64,000 bases of DNA from a candidate division WWE3 bacterium (GTDB lineage Bacteria > Patescibacteriota > WWE3 > UBA101185 > UBA10185), in the NCBI GenBank assembly GCA_052035175.1, contig JBPOHV010000001.1, positions 853,251 to 917,250 on the forward strand. The letters are read 5' to 3'. Both the position numbers and the translations under genes were made by a program. Below the pieces are notes generated by a model. It saw only the letters and a program-made list of their open reading frames with translations, searched no databases and was not told the DNA's origin. Shown here in pieces: positions 18,826 through 27,831 of the stretch; position 1 is the stretch's first letter; every line of letters begins with the position of its first letter.

Positions 18826-18900
18826 TCCCCTGTAGCTCAATGGTGGAGCAGGAAGCTGTTAACTTCAAGGTTCGTGGTTCGAGTCCACGCGGGGGAGCCA
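18826..18900 (+). tRNA. tRNA-Asn (GTT)
   Basis: TCCCCTGTAGCTCAATGGTGGAGCAGGAAGCTGTTAACTTCAAGGTTCGTGGTTCGAGTCCACGCGGGGGAGCCA cloverleaf, G73, CCA. Confidence 0.93.
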
Positions 18901-18922
18901 ATTAGTACTTATTATACCCAAT

Positions 18923-19303
18923 ATGAAACGGAAATTTATTGATTTTGAAGAATACAGTGAGATTGTTAAACCGTTTTCGCAATGGAGTTTTGGAACCGTC
19001 TCTCCTTTTCCTCAGGTTTCTACCCCTAAAGCGTTGTTTGTGGCATATGCGGGTAATATATCGCCAGTGTCAGGCCCCAGTGTAGCAATGGGGACACTTG
19101 AAATTTGTCGACCAGGAGAATCCGACCCAGTAAAATTTAACTTTAATCAACATATTTTTTATTCTACGGGCACTATAAGTCTTTTAGAAATAGTCGAGAC
19201 TAACCCGCAAAAACTTGCTCACCATTGGACAGACGATTATCCTACACACATTCAGAATACTGCTCCCGATTGGGTTGAAGATTTGCAAAATAAAGAAATA
19301 TAA
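18923..19303 (+). CDS. hypothetical protein
   Basis: 126-aa ORF, TATTAT 7 nt upstream of ATG. Confidence 0.55.
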   Translation: MKRKFIDFEEYSEIVKPFSQWSFGTVSPFPQVSTPKALFVAYAGNISPVSGPSVAMGTLEICRPGESDPVKFNFNQHIFYSTGTISLLEIVETNPQKLAHHWTDDYPTHIQNTAPDWVEDLQNKEI

Positions 19304-19305
19304 AT

Positions 19306-19944
19306 ATGACCTTAATCCTCGCAGCAATATGTAGAAATGATATTTATGTTTGTGCGGACACAAGGTATGAAGACAAAAAGTGGGACAATGGATTTAAAGA
19401 CGGATTCGATAAAATATACAAATTTCACTCTTATCCTTTAATCATTCTTAATCACGGAGTTAATAAATTCAACGAAAAGTATTGGGGCGATTATTGCTTT
19501 GATTACGAGAAATTAGGAAGATGGAAAAATAGAGACTTAAAATCACTCAGTGAGGATTTCAAAGATTTCATCGAAAGTGCTGTTTTACAACAGCTAAAGT
19601 TTAATTCGGAACACTGGCCTGACAACCCCAACTTTCAAAAAACCGGATTCGCAATTTGTGGAAAAAACCTTGAAAAGGATGGTTTTGAAATTTATGAATA
19701 TTTTTGGAACCCTAAACCCGAAATACCCGAACTCTATCCTTGGAATGGAATACGCTTGAATGGGTTCGGTAACGGATTTGATAACTACCTAAAAAACAAT
19801 ATTAGTGATCTTATTGACTGGAATCACTTTAATGAAGGTCAAATTAAGATGGAATTAAAAAAGCTGTTTTCTTTGGCAAGAGAAAAAAAAACAATAAAGG
19901 TGGGAAGGAGTTTTCGGATGACTTTATTATTAAGTCAGTTATAG
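19306..19944 (+). CDS. hypothetical protein, possible Ntn-hydrolase (proteasome beta/HslV-like) fold
   Basis: MTLILAAICRNDIYVCADTR...FDKI resembles the Thr1...ADxR...KI pattern. Confidence 0.5.
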   Translation: MTLILAAICRNDIYVCADTRYEDKKWDNGFKDGFDKIYKFHSYPLIILNHGVNKFNEKYWGDYCFDYEKLGRWKNRDLKSLSEDFKDFIESAVLQQLKFNSEHWPDNPNFQKTGFAICGKNLEKDGFEIYEYFWNPKPEIPELYPWNGIRLNGFGNGFDNYLKNNISDLIDWNHFNEGQIKMELKKLFSLAREKKTIKVGRSFRMTLLLSQL

Positions 19945-20237
19945 AGGAGTAATAGATAGATAGAAATTAATATACCAGTTTGACTCTTTCCATTTCCACG
20001 CTGAACTGAGCAACAAACTTTAAATCTGAGAAAACATCGACAATACAAGCTAACTAGTTGGTTATATTAGTGTTACGCTCCTCGAGTCAATGGATACGAC
20101 AGAGATTAAAGCCGTTAGCGTTGCTTATACTTGACGTCATATACATTGGGAAGGAATATATAGACAAAAAAAATCCAAAAAATAAAGTCGTAAACACCTG
20201 AAAATGCACAGATTGAAAACGTATATAATAAATACAT

Positions 20238-20549
20238 ATGAGTGAAAAGAAACCCTTAAATCTTGTAGGAGTAGTAATACTGATAATTGGCATCTTTTGG
20301 CTAGGTAGCAAATTGTTTAAACAAGAGAGTTGGGACTTAATGATTTGCGATACGCTGATGGATAATGGCATTGAGTGCTATACAAATGCCGAAGTGCTTC
20401 AAGACTACAAATCTCAGAGAGAGTGCATGGAGACAGGAATTAGATTAGCAAGTAAAAAAGGCTATGAATGCGGTAAAAACTGTAAACCAAGTAAAGAATA
20501 TGGCGGTACCGTGTGCGAAACAATATGCAATAAAGCAGGGTGCAACTAA
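20238..20549 (+). CDS. small exported Cys-rich protein
   Basis: N-terminal TM and multiple Cys (YECGKNCK...VCETICNKAGC); hairpin GCAGGGTG/CACCCTGC spans the stop codon. Confidence 0.65.
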   Translation: MSEKKPLNLVGVVILIIGIFWLGSKLFKQESWDLMICDTLMDNGIECYTNAEVLQDYKSQRECMETGIRLASKKGYECGKNCKPSKEYGGTVCETICNKAGCN

Positions 20550-20623
20550 ATTCACCCTGCCACTTAAATCCTGATTTCTTAAAGTACACGACGCCAAAGC
20601 CTAACTGATATAATCAGCGCATT

Positions 20624-21016
20624 GTGTCAAAACGATTTCAACCAATCTTCCTATCATCCATATTACTGAATTACCTACACGGTGTTGAGTGTATATTAAC
20701 TAAGTTTTATGAGGTTAACCCAAACTTCTATATCATTACAAGCTATTTTCGCAGCATTCCCGAAAGTGTTTATTTTATTTTTCATATAAGCTTTTGGATT
20801 TTCATTCTGTTGGCGTTTTTCTTGATAAAAGGGGGTAAATGGGTTTTTATTCCCCTCGCGTTGTATGGAACGGTATTTTTCACAGAAACACATCATTTCA
20901 TAAAAGGACTTATGCTTCTGCACTATTATCCAGGGATGATTACTTCAATCTTATTCCCGATTTTGGGTTGGTTTTATTGGAAAGAGCTTTTGGTTGAGTG
21001 GGAAAAGCTGGTTTAA
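20624..21016 (+). CDS. HXXEE-like membrane protein
   Basis: LHGVEC variant motif, ETHH, YYPGMITS, four TMs. Confidence 0.6.
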   Translation: MSKRFQPIFLSSILLNYLHGVECILTKFYEVNPNFYIITSYFRSIPESVYFIFHISFWIFILLAFFLIKGGKWVFIPLALYGTVFFTETHHFIKGLMLLHYYPGMITSILFPILGWFYWKELLVEWEKLV

Positions 21017-21133
21017 ACCTCAACAAAACACCTTCTAACAACTTGTCCGCCTCCTCTATGTGGAACCAATAAGTGCTTATGCTAGAACTAGTATGACATT
21101 TCTGTTGGTATGCAGTTAGGAACCGTCTCTGTA

Positions 21134-21169
21134 CTATAGGTTGCCAGACCCATCGTTTTTTGATATAAT
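21134..21169 (+). promoter_or_regulatory. CTATAG-abutted sigma70 promoter
   Basis: CTATAG-G-TTGCCA-17 nt-TATAAT. Confidence 0.75.
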
Positions 21170-21209
21170 TCTATAGAAAATAACCCAATCTTTTTGTAAG
21201 GAGAAACTC

Positions 21210-21569
21210 ATGAATACAGAAATTGCAGCAACGGCACTAACGGCATTCATCAACGAGGACGGAAGTTTTGTCCTGATGCCACTAGTGGACTATGTCCCAA
21301 ATGAAAGCTATATTCTCTTCGATAGAAGGCTTTATTCCCGCGGTGGGACAAAGCTTTGGGAAGAACGCCTTCCCGGGGACGTTCGCCACGTCTTATACCC
21401 ACTTGCCGAAGGCAAGTGGGCAATCTGGACAGGCGTACGGGGAAAAGTTTTCCCCACACAACAAGCATATGAAAAAGCAGTAGCCACTGCGACGGTTCCC
21501 ATATACGGGTACCTCCCTGGCATCAACAGCTTTTTTGAAGCATCAATGGACTATCCACAGCCCTACTGA
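21210..21569 (+). CDS. orphan hypothetical protein (cassette-type unit)
   Basis: AAGGAGAAACTC RBS, own promoter, 3' hairpin; GC about 50-60% in sampled lines. Confidence 0.7.
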   Translation: MNTEIAATALTAFINEDGSFVLMPLVDYVPNESYILFDRRLYSRGGTKLWEERLPGDVRHVLYPLAEGKWAIWTGVRGKVFPTQQAYEKAVATATVPIYGYLPGINSFFEASMDYPQPY

Positions 21570-21581
21570 TGCCTGCTCGTG

Positions 21582-21634
21582 CAAGGTTCCTAAGTATGTG
21601 TTGTCCAATGGATAACATCAGCTTAGGGACCTTG
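21582..21634 (+). terminator. long 3' hairpin followed by T-tract
   Basis: CAAGGTTCCTAAG/CTTAGGGACCTTG outer stem, TGTTGTCCA/TGGATAACA inner stem, then TTTTGTTT. Confidence 0.7.
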
Positions 21635-21812
21635 TTTTGTTTCTATACAGTAATCATCACAAAACTCATCGAAAAGTCATTTTTCAAACAACTTGTCCGC
21701 CTCTGGCGGATCCCCCGCTATGTATAGCCAAAAGAATTTACTTTTTATAACAACCAATTTCCGCGTATAGAAACCATAGACACAATTATATTAAAACTCT
21801 AAGCTCTAATAT

Positions 21813-22631
21813 ATGGCAATTACTGATAATGAAATAAAAAAGCTGATGCTTAGTTACAACCAAATGATTGATAAGTATCAGGAGCTACACGAAATTGGAT
21901 ATGAATACCCCTATTTTTACGAAATTACAAAAGACAATAAACATTTATTTTATGTAGGGGCACGGCATGTCTTTGATCCAAGTGATTCATCAATAGAAAA
22001 AATTAAAAGTTACTGGCATAAGTTTTTGGAAGTAACTAATAAAAGTAATTGTGTTGTAATGATAGAAGGCGGATATGATGAAATAGAAGAATCTGAAGAT
22101 AAAGCAATTAGAAATGGCGGTGAGGCCAGCTTGTTAATATACCTTTCTGCGAAAGAAGGTATTACATGGTACTCCCCAGAGCCTGAATATAGTGAAGAAT
22201 TAACTAAGTTAAGAACAAAGTTTAGCGACGATGAAGTTCTATATCAAAGATTTGCAACATCTGTAGCACAATGGTTTAGATTAGTAGAACCTAAACCAAA
22301 GCTGGAGACTTACATAGCAAGAACTATAGAAAAGGATGTCGAACTAATGAATATTAAATTTGATGTTTCTCTTGAGAATTTTGCAAAGATTCATAACAAA
22401 ACACATGATCATGAATTTTCTCTTAATACATGCCAACAGCAACAAAATTGTTTTTACTTAGATTCAAACCCATCTGAAAATGCTGTTTCTGCAGAGTCCA
22501 GTAATATTAGAAATATTCATATTGCGAAAGAAGTAATAAAGCAGTGGGAAGATAATAAAAGCATCTTCATAATTTTTGGGTCAGGACATGCCATTGTTCA
22601 TGAACCTGCTTTCAAAAAATTGTTAAATTAA
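21813..22631 (+). CDS. hypothetical protein
   Basis: 272-aa ORF; YVGARH, MIEGG, RN..IA and FGSGH motifs suggest a TraB/EreA-like metal-binding fold (weak). Confidence 0.6.
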   Translation: MAITDNEIKKLMLSYNQMIDKYQELHEIGYEYPYFYEITKDNKHLFYVGARHVFDPSDSSIEKIKSYWHKFLEVTNKSNCVVMIEGGYDEIEESEDKAIRNGGEASLLIYLSAKEGITWYSPEPEYSEELTKLRTKFSDDEVLYQRFATSVAQWFRLVEPKPKLETYIARTIEKDVELMNIKFDVSLENFAKIHNKTHDHEFSLNTCQQQQNCFYLDSNPSENAVSAESSNIRNIHIAKEVIKQWEDNKSIFIIFGSGHAIVHEPAFKKLLN

Positions 22632-22641
22632 AATGTAATCT

Positions 22642-23034
22642 ATGAAAAAGATCTATCTCGCTGGGCAACCAAATCAATACGCAAACAATTGGAAACAGAA
22701 CTTCTCAAACAACGGAAACTTCGAATTTTATGATCCAGAAATTCACTCAGACCAATCATCTCCAGATACATTCTTTCCACAAGATCTACAGGCAGTAAGT
22801 GACGCAGATATTATGGTAGCAAACCCAGGAACTGGCCCAGCAGAAGCAACATGGATCGAAATTGGATATTTTCTACATAAGAATACTAGTAACCCAGGAG
22901 ATACCTGCAAAAATTTGATAATAGTTTGGCTAAAAGAACGCGAACCAAAATGGTCAATAAAGTTTGTAGAAAAAGCTGGGCACGTTGTGGAAACAGTAGA
23001 AGAAGCAGTAAATAAGCTTCAAACACTTATATAA
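22642..23034 (+). CDS. nucleoside 2-deoxyribosyltransferase-like protein
   Basis: KIYLAG, DLQAVSDADIMVA, TWIEIGY. Confidence 0.7.
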   Translation: MKKIYLAGQPNQYANNWKQNFSNNGNFEFYDPEIHSDQSSPDTFFPQDLQAVSDADIMVANPGTGPAEATWIEIGYFLHKNTSNPGDTCKNLIIVWLKEREPKWSIKFVEKAGHVVETVEEAVNKLQTLI

Positions 23035-23050
23035 GAAATACTGCAGCATC

Positions 23051-23085
23051 CTATAGTATACAACTCCCCTATTTTTAGATATAAT
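23051..23085 (+). promoter_or_regulatory. CTATAG-abutted sigma70 promoter
   Basis: CTATAG-TATACA-17 nt-TATAAT. Confidence 0.65.
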
Positions 23086-23150
23086 GCCCAGCATCAAACA
23101 ATGAAAAGACATTTTTGCCTTTTTTTAACTCAATACCTAAGGAGAAACCA

Positions 23151-23546
23151 ATGACAACAAAAGAAGAACTTAGGCAAGCGCTAAGCTTACTTGATTCTTC
23201 AGAACTAGCAATAGTTCTGAAATTAATAGAAGGAAATTATTCAGATAGTTTTCTTCCAATGATTAATGCCGCAAAGGCATTTTTGACCACAACAATGGTA
23301 ACCTTTTTCGAATTGTATGCTGACGCCGACATTAATTTACGAAATAATGCTCTGAGCAGACATGAAATCCTGCGCAGAAGCATTGCCCTGGTAAATCCGG
23401 GGTATATGTCGTGGAAAAGTGCAAAGCCAATGGTAATTCTCATAATTGAGAAATTGGCTGAGCATTTTCCTGATACAAACACCGAGTTGCTCCGCAAAAT
23501 TGCGGAACAACCGGAAAAATATCTGGTACAAACACAACCAGAATAA
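23151..23546 (+). CDS. orphan hypothetical protein (cassette-type unit)
   Basis: AAGGAGAAACCA RBS (23139) before ATG 23151 (MTTKEEL...). Confidence 0.7.
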   Translation: MTTKEELRQALSLLDSSELAIVLKLIEGNYSDSFLPMINAAKAFLTTTMVTFFELYADADINLRNNALSRHEILRRSIALVNPGYMSWKSAKPMVILIIEKLAEHFPDTNTELLRKIAEQPEKYLVQTQPE

Positions 23547-23547
23547 C

Positions 23548-23604
23548 AGACCTGCCCGAAAGGGAGTTCATTGCTGCTTATGCAGTGACGAACTCCCTAG
23601 GTCT
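23548..23604 (+). terminator. bulged 3' hairpin, conserved motif copy 1
   Basis: AGACCT[GCCCGAA]AGGGAGTTC...GAACTCCCT-AGGTCT then TTTT. Confidence 0.75.
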
Positions 23605-23679
23605 TTTTACTAATTAAACATTCATATAACACCAACTTTCACATTCTATCGATTACTTTAATTTGATATCATATAACTC

Positions 23680-24099
23680 ATGACAACACTAAACCCTTGG
23701 ATTAATTTTAATGGTAACGCAGAAGAAGCATTCACATTTTACAAATCAGTATTTGGTGGAGAATTTACAAAAATAGTACGTTTCAAAGGTATTGCTAGCG
23801 CTGAATTCCCAGTGCCAGAAAATGAAGAGAATAAAATAATGTACATTTCTTTGCCTATAGGCAATGGTGTTATGTTGATAGCAAATGACGTGCCAGAAAT
23901 CATGGGACGCGTAAATGAACATGAAAATAGAAGCAAAATTTTAGTAAATACAGAAAGCAAAGAAGAAGCCGACAGATTATTTACGGGGCTTTCGGTTGGC
24001 GGAGAAGTAGAAGGATCTATGGGAGATAGCCCATGGGGTTCTTATGCTGGTATGTTTCGAGATAAATACGGCATCGAATGGATAATCGAGTGTGCGTAG
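23680..24099 (+). CDS. VOC/PhnB family protein
   Basis: PWINFNGNAEEAFTFYKSVFGG, DKYGIEW. Confidence 0.9.
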   Translation: MTTLNPWINFNGNAEEAFTFYKSVFGGEFTKIVRFKGIASAEFPVPENEENKIMYISLPIGNGVMLIANDVPEIMGRVNEHENRSKILVNTESKEEADRLFTGLSVGGEVEGSMGDSPWGSYAGMFRDKYGIEWIIECA

Positions 24100-24126
24100 T
24101 TATAATAAATTGAGGAGGAAATTAGT

Positions 24127-24506
24127 ATGTCTAAATATGTAGATGGATTTTTACTTGTAGTACCAAAAAACAAAGTTGAAGAATATAAAAAATGGCAGAA
24201 GGCGGTCGAGATTCGTGGATGAAACACGGTGCACTGGCTTACTACGAATGTCAGGGCGCGAATCTTGCTCCTATGGAAATGGGTGATGAAAAAGCACGTG
24301 CATTTACAGAAGTAACTGGGGCAAAAGATGATGAAACAGTTTGGTTTTCTTTTATTGTTTTTAAGTCAAAAGAACACAGAGACGAAGTCAATGCAAAAGT
24401 GATGGAAGAAATGGACGAGCAAATGAAAGAGTACGCAGATATGCAAATGCCTTTTGATATGAAACGCATGGCTTATGGGGGTTTCCAAGTTGAGGTTGAA
24501 GGATAA
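24127..24506 (+). pseudogene. DUF1428 family gene with a -1 frameshift at an A6 run (or sequencing error)
   Basis: GAGGAGG RBS; MSKYVDGFLLVVPKNKVEEYKK joins MAEGGRDSWMKHGALAYYEC...MPFDMKRMAYGGF only after a -1 shift at 24187-24192. Confidence 0.8.
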
Positions 24507-24515
24507 TCCGCACAT

Positions 24516-25073
24516 ATGAGAAACATATTTAACTTCAACAAACCAGCAGCACCTAAAGTGAATGAAAGTCCACAACCCCTTACTACTGATGCTTTAAAAG
24601 GATTAAATTTTCAGCAAATAGTTGAACTAGGTGAAAAAAATCCCGAAGGTTTACAAGCGCTGCTTATAGAACTCAGAACTGAAGACCTTAGAAAATCCGA
24701 AGAAGAATTGTGGGATATGACAAGAACAAAAATTAAAAAAGATATGCACGAACTTGCGCCTGAAGAAGTTTCCAAAATGATAGCATCAGATAGTGAAAAC
24801 CATGATATAGGGAAGTTTAAATTTGTACGGCAAGGTAATCGAATTGTATGGATAAGCGCAATATATAACCATGTAGACACAGCAGTTGTTGCAGGTATGG
24901 AAACAGTTGATGATGCTGGATCAATGGATATAGATGAACAAGGCAATATTACTTTTGGTTACGGATCATCTAGTCTACACGTCCTAAATATATTTAACCC
25001 TGAAAGACCCGCCTCACAAACGCTTATCAAAGAAGCGCTACCAGAACCTGAGTTTCATATAAAGTTCTATTAA
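24516..25073 (+). CDS. hypothetical protein
   Basis: 185-aa ORF collinear with neighbours. Confidence 0.6.
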   Translation: MRNIFNFNKPAAPKVNESPQPLTTDALKGLNFQQIVELGEKNPEGLQALLIELRTEDLRKSEEELWDMTRTKIKKDMHELAPEEVSKMIASDSENHDIGKFKFVRQGNRIVWISAIYNHVDTAVVAGMETVDDAGSMDIDEQGNITFGYGSSSLHVLNIFNPERPASQTLIKEALPEPEFHIKFY

Positions 25074-25108
25074 GTATTTACAAGCAGTTTTATTGATATA
25101 ATTCCACA

Positions 25109-25549
25109 ATGGCTGAACTAAAAACCCAAGCAACAAACCAAGACCCCAAAGAATTTTTAAATACAATCGAACCTGAGCAAAAAAAGCAAGATAGTTTTGC
25201 TCTCTTGGAAATGTTTCATAAAATAACAAATGAAGAACCTGTGATGTGGGGAACTAGCATTGTAGGATTTGGTAAATATCACTACAAATCCGAACGAAGC
25301 TCGCAAGAAGGTGACTGGCCACTTGTAGGATTTTCTCCAAGAAAACAAAATTTAACCCTATACCTAATGCACGGAAATCAAGACAGTGATGATCTACTAG
25401 AAAAATTGGGCAAACACAAAACTAGCGGGGGCATGGGCGGATGTCTATATATAAATAAACTTTCTGATGTAGATCACTCAATTCTTACAAAGCTAATAGA
25501 AAAGTCTTTTCTATATATGAAAAAGACTCGTACTAGCAATGCTCTTTGA
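25109..25549 (+). CDS. DUF1801 (YdhG-like) protein
   Basis: MWGTSIVGFGKYHYK, GFSPRKQNLTLY, LGKHK, CLYINKLSDVD. Confidence 0.9.
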   Translation: MAELKTQATNQDPKEFLNTIEPEQKKQDSFALLEMFHKITNEEPVMWGTSIVGFGKYHYKSERSSQEGDWPLVGFSPRKQNLTLYLMHGNQDSDDLLEKLGKHKTSGGMGGCLYINKLSDVDHSILTKLIEKSFLYMKKTRTSNAL

Positions 25550-26039
25550 CCGCATCAAGCACTTGAGCTGAAGATAAACTTGCATTGACTGTAATATTAT
25601 TTGGCAATATTGGAAAAGATTTTGAAGCGTATTGATATACAATATCTTTGGTTTGAATTTTTGGATTGTTTTTTCTTGCCAACCACCTTATTACCGCAAC
25701 TTCAGGAGATACTTGCAAAAGTACACTTAAAGTTATCTTTTCATACAAATCAGTTTCTCTTAACAAAGCAATATATTTTTCATTTGTAAATGCACAAGAA
25801 ACAATTACTGATTTTCCATCATCAAACTTTTTTACTGACTCAAGAAATGTTTCTTTATACATATCAGCTCTGTCAGAGTCATCATAACTAGAGTTTGGAT
25901 GTATTCTTGACATAACTTCATCCGAATCAACAACCACCCACCCAGTAATTTGTGATAGATTGTTTGCGAGTAATGTCTTACCTGAACACATTGGGCCGTA
26001 TATAAAAATTAAGGCATTTCTATTAAACATGTTAAGCAT
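25533..26039 (-). CDS. P-loop kinase (shikimate/gluconate kinase-like)
   Basis: GPMCSGKT, DSD, lid R...R. Confidence 0.7.
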   Translation of the reverse strand: MLNMFNRNALIFIYGPMCSGKTLLANNLSQITGWVVVDSDEVMSRIHPNSSYDDSDRADMYKETFLESVKKFDDGKSVIVSCAFTNEKYIALLRETDLYEKITLSVLLQVSPEVAVIRWLARKNNPKIQTKDIVYQYASKSFPILPNNITVNASLSSAQVLDAVKEHC

Positions 26040-26070
26040 TTATATATTTTACAATACTTATAAATAAGTA

Positions 26071-27066
26071 TTAGCTTTGTAGTAAAAAACCATAATCTCT
26101 TAGGGTCTTAATATAAGAACTAGAAATTCCATTCTTTGCTAGCTTAAGTCGGAGTCTTTCTATAATCTTGGAAATAGCTTGCAAACTAAAATCTTCAGTC
26201 TGTACGAAAACGATCTTTGCAATGTCATCGTAAGACAATGGCACATCACGTGAAATCATTGCAGATAATAAACTTGTTTCGCGTGAAGTGAGATTGCGTA
26301 ACTCAACAGAATTAGCATAAATTTTATTATCTATACATTCAAAAGTAATACCCAGAGGCAAGCCTAGCTTTTTGTAAAACTTTATGCTTTGCAACTTGTA
26401 TACAGAACTTTGTTTATTCTTAGTATTTTTAAATACAGACATAAACTTAAATTTTGTATTTATAGGAGTTTCATTGAGTAACCAATCTGCTAAAAATTGA
26501 GAATCTATCCAGTCGCCTTGATATTTATGAAAAACAGAAAACCTCGTAAGCGAAGAAACAATGGCATACACGATATCTCCAATAACGGCGTCATAACGTA
26601 AATATATATTTATATCTCCCGCTTCGCGGAGATAATTGAATGACACGCGAGGGCCAATGTGAGTTTTATAAATATTAATATTCTTAATATACTTGTCGCT
26701 TACTCCCAATGTAGTATTAATCTTTTGCATAGCTTCACTTTCTTGTAACTTCCATGCTGTTTCGATCTTAGACATTAGAGGAGACATGTTAGAAATATTG
26801 TTAAGTGCAAAAGCCAATAAAGCCTTATCAGAAATTCCAATAGGAAAGCTATGATAAGTAATACTTTTTATTTTTTCCCAAGGGTATTCCAAATCTGGCA
26901 GTATAACAATATAGGGTGAACTTTTTACATTCTTTGGAAGTTTAGATAACACCAAAAAGTTATTGGCATGAAAAAACCCATTAAGTGTTTGATAAGCTGT
27001 TTCTATTAATCGCCTAGCTTCGTATTCTGGGCTATAATGCCATTTTGTTAACATAGATCCATACAT
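26071..27066 (-). CDS. protein with C-terminal OmpR/PhoB-type winged helix
   Basis: LTSRETSLL...SYDDIA...IERLRLKL...IKTLRDYGFLL; no receiver domain. Confidence 0.7.
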   Translation of the reverse strand: MYGSMLTKWHYSPEYEARRLIETAYQTLNGFFHANNFLVLSKLPKNVKSSPYIVILPDLEYPWEKIKSITYHSFPIGISDKALLAFALNNISNMSPLMSKIETAWKLQESEAMQKINTTLGVSDKYIKNINIYKTHIGPRVSFNYLREAGDINIYLRYDAVIGDIVYAIVSSLTRFSVFHKYQGDWIDSQFLADWLLNETPINTKFKFMSVFKNTKNKQSSVYKLQSIKFYKKLGLPLGITFECIDNKIYANSVELRNLTSRETSLLSAMISRDVPLSYDDIAKIVFVQTEDFSLQAISKIIERLRLKLAKNGISSSYIKTLRDYGFLLQS

Positions 27067-27167
27067 TAGTATACTAGCTATAGGTTGTCAAATAACCAGT
27101 CAAGTTATCTGTACAAAAGAAACTACACTCTCCCCACAGATTAAAACTTTCACAAAAGGAGAAACTC

Positions 27168-27545
27168 ATGAATACCCTATGGATAAAACGCGATAACGTG
27201 GAAATCGAGCTTACAGAACAAGCTGCGATAGAAGAGTTGGTATTACACGCATTGGTAATACCTCAAAACGATCTCAGGTTCTTCAATTTCTCTGATGGAA
27301 TACGACACATCACAGATCTTGAAAATAAGCTCTTCTCTGAAAGAGAAAACTACCTCGGTAGACCAGACTTTGATATTGCGAGGCACCTGCCGCAATATGC
27401 AGAAGCATATTCCAAAGTATTAGGTATTATAAACAGGCGCACGCCTGTACCGAACAAAGAAAAGGCTGACGAGTTAGCAAATCTGATCAGAGAGATTGGT
27501 CTTACGTACACACTACTACTGAACCAACCCACAAAGGAAAGTTAA
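27168..27545 (+). CDS. orphan hypothetical protein (cassette-type unit, gene 1)
   Basis: AAGGAGAAACTC RBS; upstream CTATAG-G-TTGTCA at 27078-27090 (no good -10 at 17 nt). Confidence 0.7.
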   Translation: MNTLWIKRDNVEIELTEQAAIEELVLHALVIPQNDLRFFNFSDGIRHITDLENKLFSERENYLGRPDFDIARHLPQYAEAYSKVLGIINRRTPVPNKEKADELANLIREIGLTYTLLLNQPTKES

Positions 27546-27546
27546 A

Positions 27547-27786
27547 ATGACTAGTCAACAAAACGATGAAGTACCTGTCGGTACAATGTGCCAGTGCACG
27601 CTCAGCCAAATTGCTAAACGACCAAATGGTACTAAATATAATGTTCAAGGAGACTTTGAACCTAGATACAAGTTCCTTGGTCGAAGTGGAAATCTCTGGC
27701 AATTTGAAGATATAGAAGCAGTTGTCTCCACAGAAAAGTTTTTAGTAGACAGCGAATTTATCAAATATTTCAAAGGAGTCAGATGA
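27547..27786 (+). CDS. orphan hypothetical protein (cassette-type unit, gene 2)
   Basis: AAGGA RBS within the upstream gene's end; followed by a hairpin. Confidence 0.6.
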   Translation: MTSQQNDEVPVGTMCQCTLSQIAKRPNGTKYNVQGDFEPRYKFLGRSGNLWQFEDIEAVVSTEKFLVDSEFIKYFKGVR

Positions 27787-27795
27787 ATTTCAAAA

Positions 27796-27818
27796 GGGCG
27801 TCAATTGGATTGACGCCC
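27796..27818. terminator. 10-bp perfect hairpin between convergent genes
   Basis: GGGCGTCAAT-TGG-ATTGACGCCC. Confidence 0.7.
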
Positions 27819-27831
27819 ATTGCAAATAAAC

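Larger units (their letters stand above)
21037..21703 (+). repeat. 17-bp direct repeat AACAACTTGTCCGCCTC flanking one gene unit
   Basis: Identical copies at 21037-21053 and 21687-21703; the second continues into the palindrome TCCGCC-TCT-GGCGGA (21696-21710). Confidence 0.8.

Noticed and set aside
19953-20220. ~270-bp gap possibly holding a decayed gene or sRNA
   Set aside because: No sustained frame, clear structure or repeat could be supported by eye.
21033-21122. TTCTAAC...GTTAGGA resembling attC R''/R' boxes
   Set aside because: No complementary L boxes, imperfect RYYYAAC/GTTRRRY fit, not repeated after other genes, and no IntI in the window.
23548-23604. Hairpin motif as a hammerhead or other known ribozyme
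   Set aside because: Lacks the CUGANGA/GAAA hammerhead core on either strand as far as can be read; kept only as an unknown motif.
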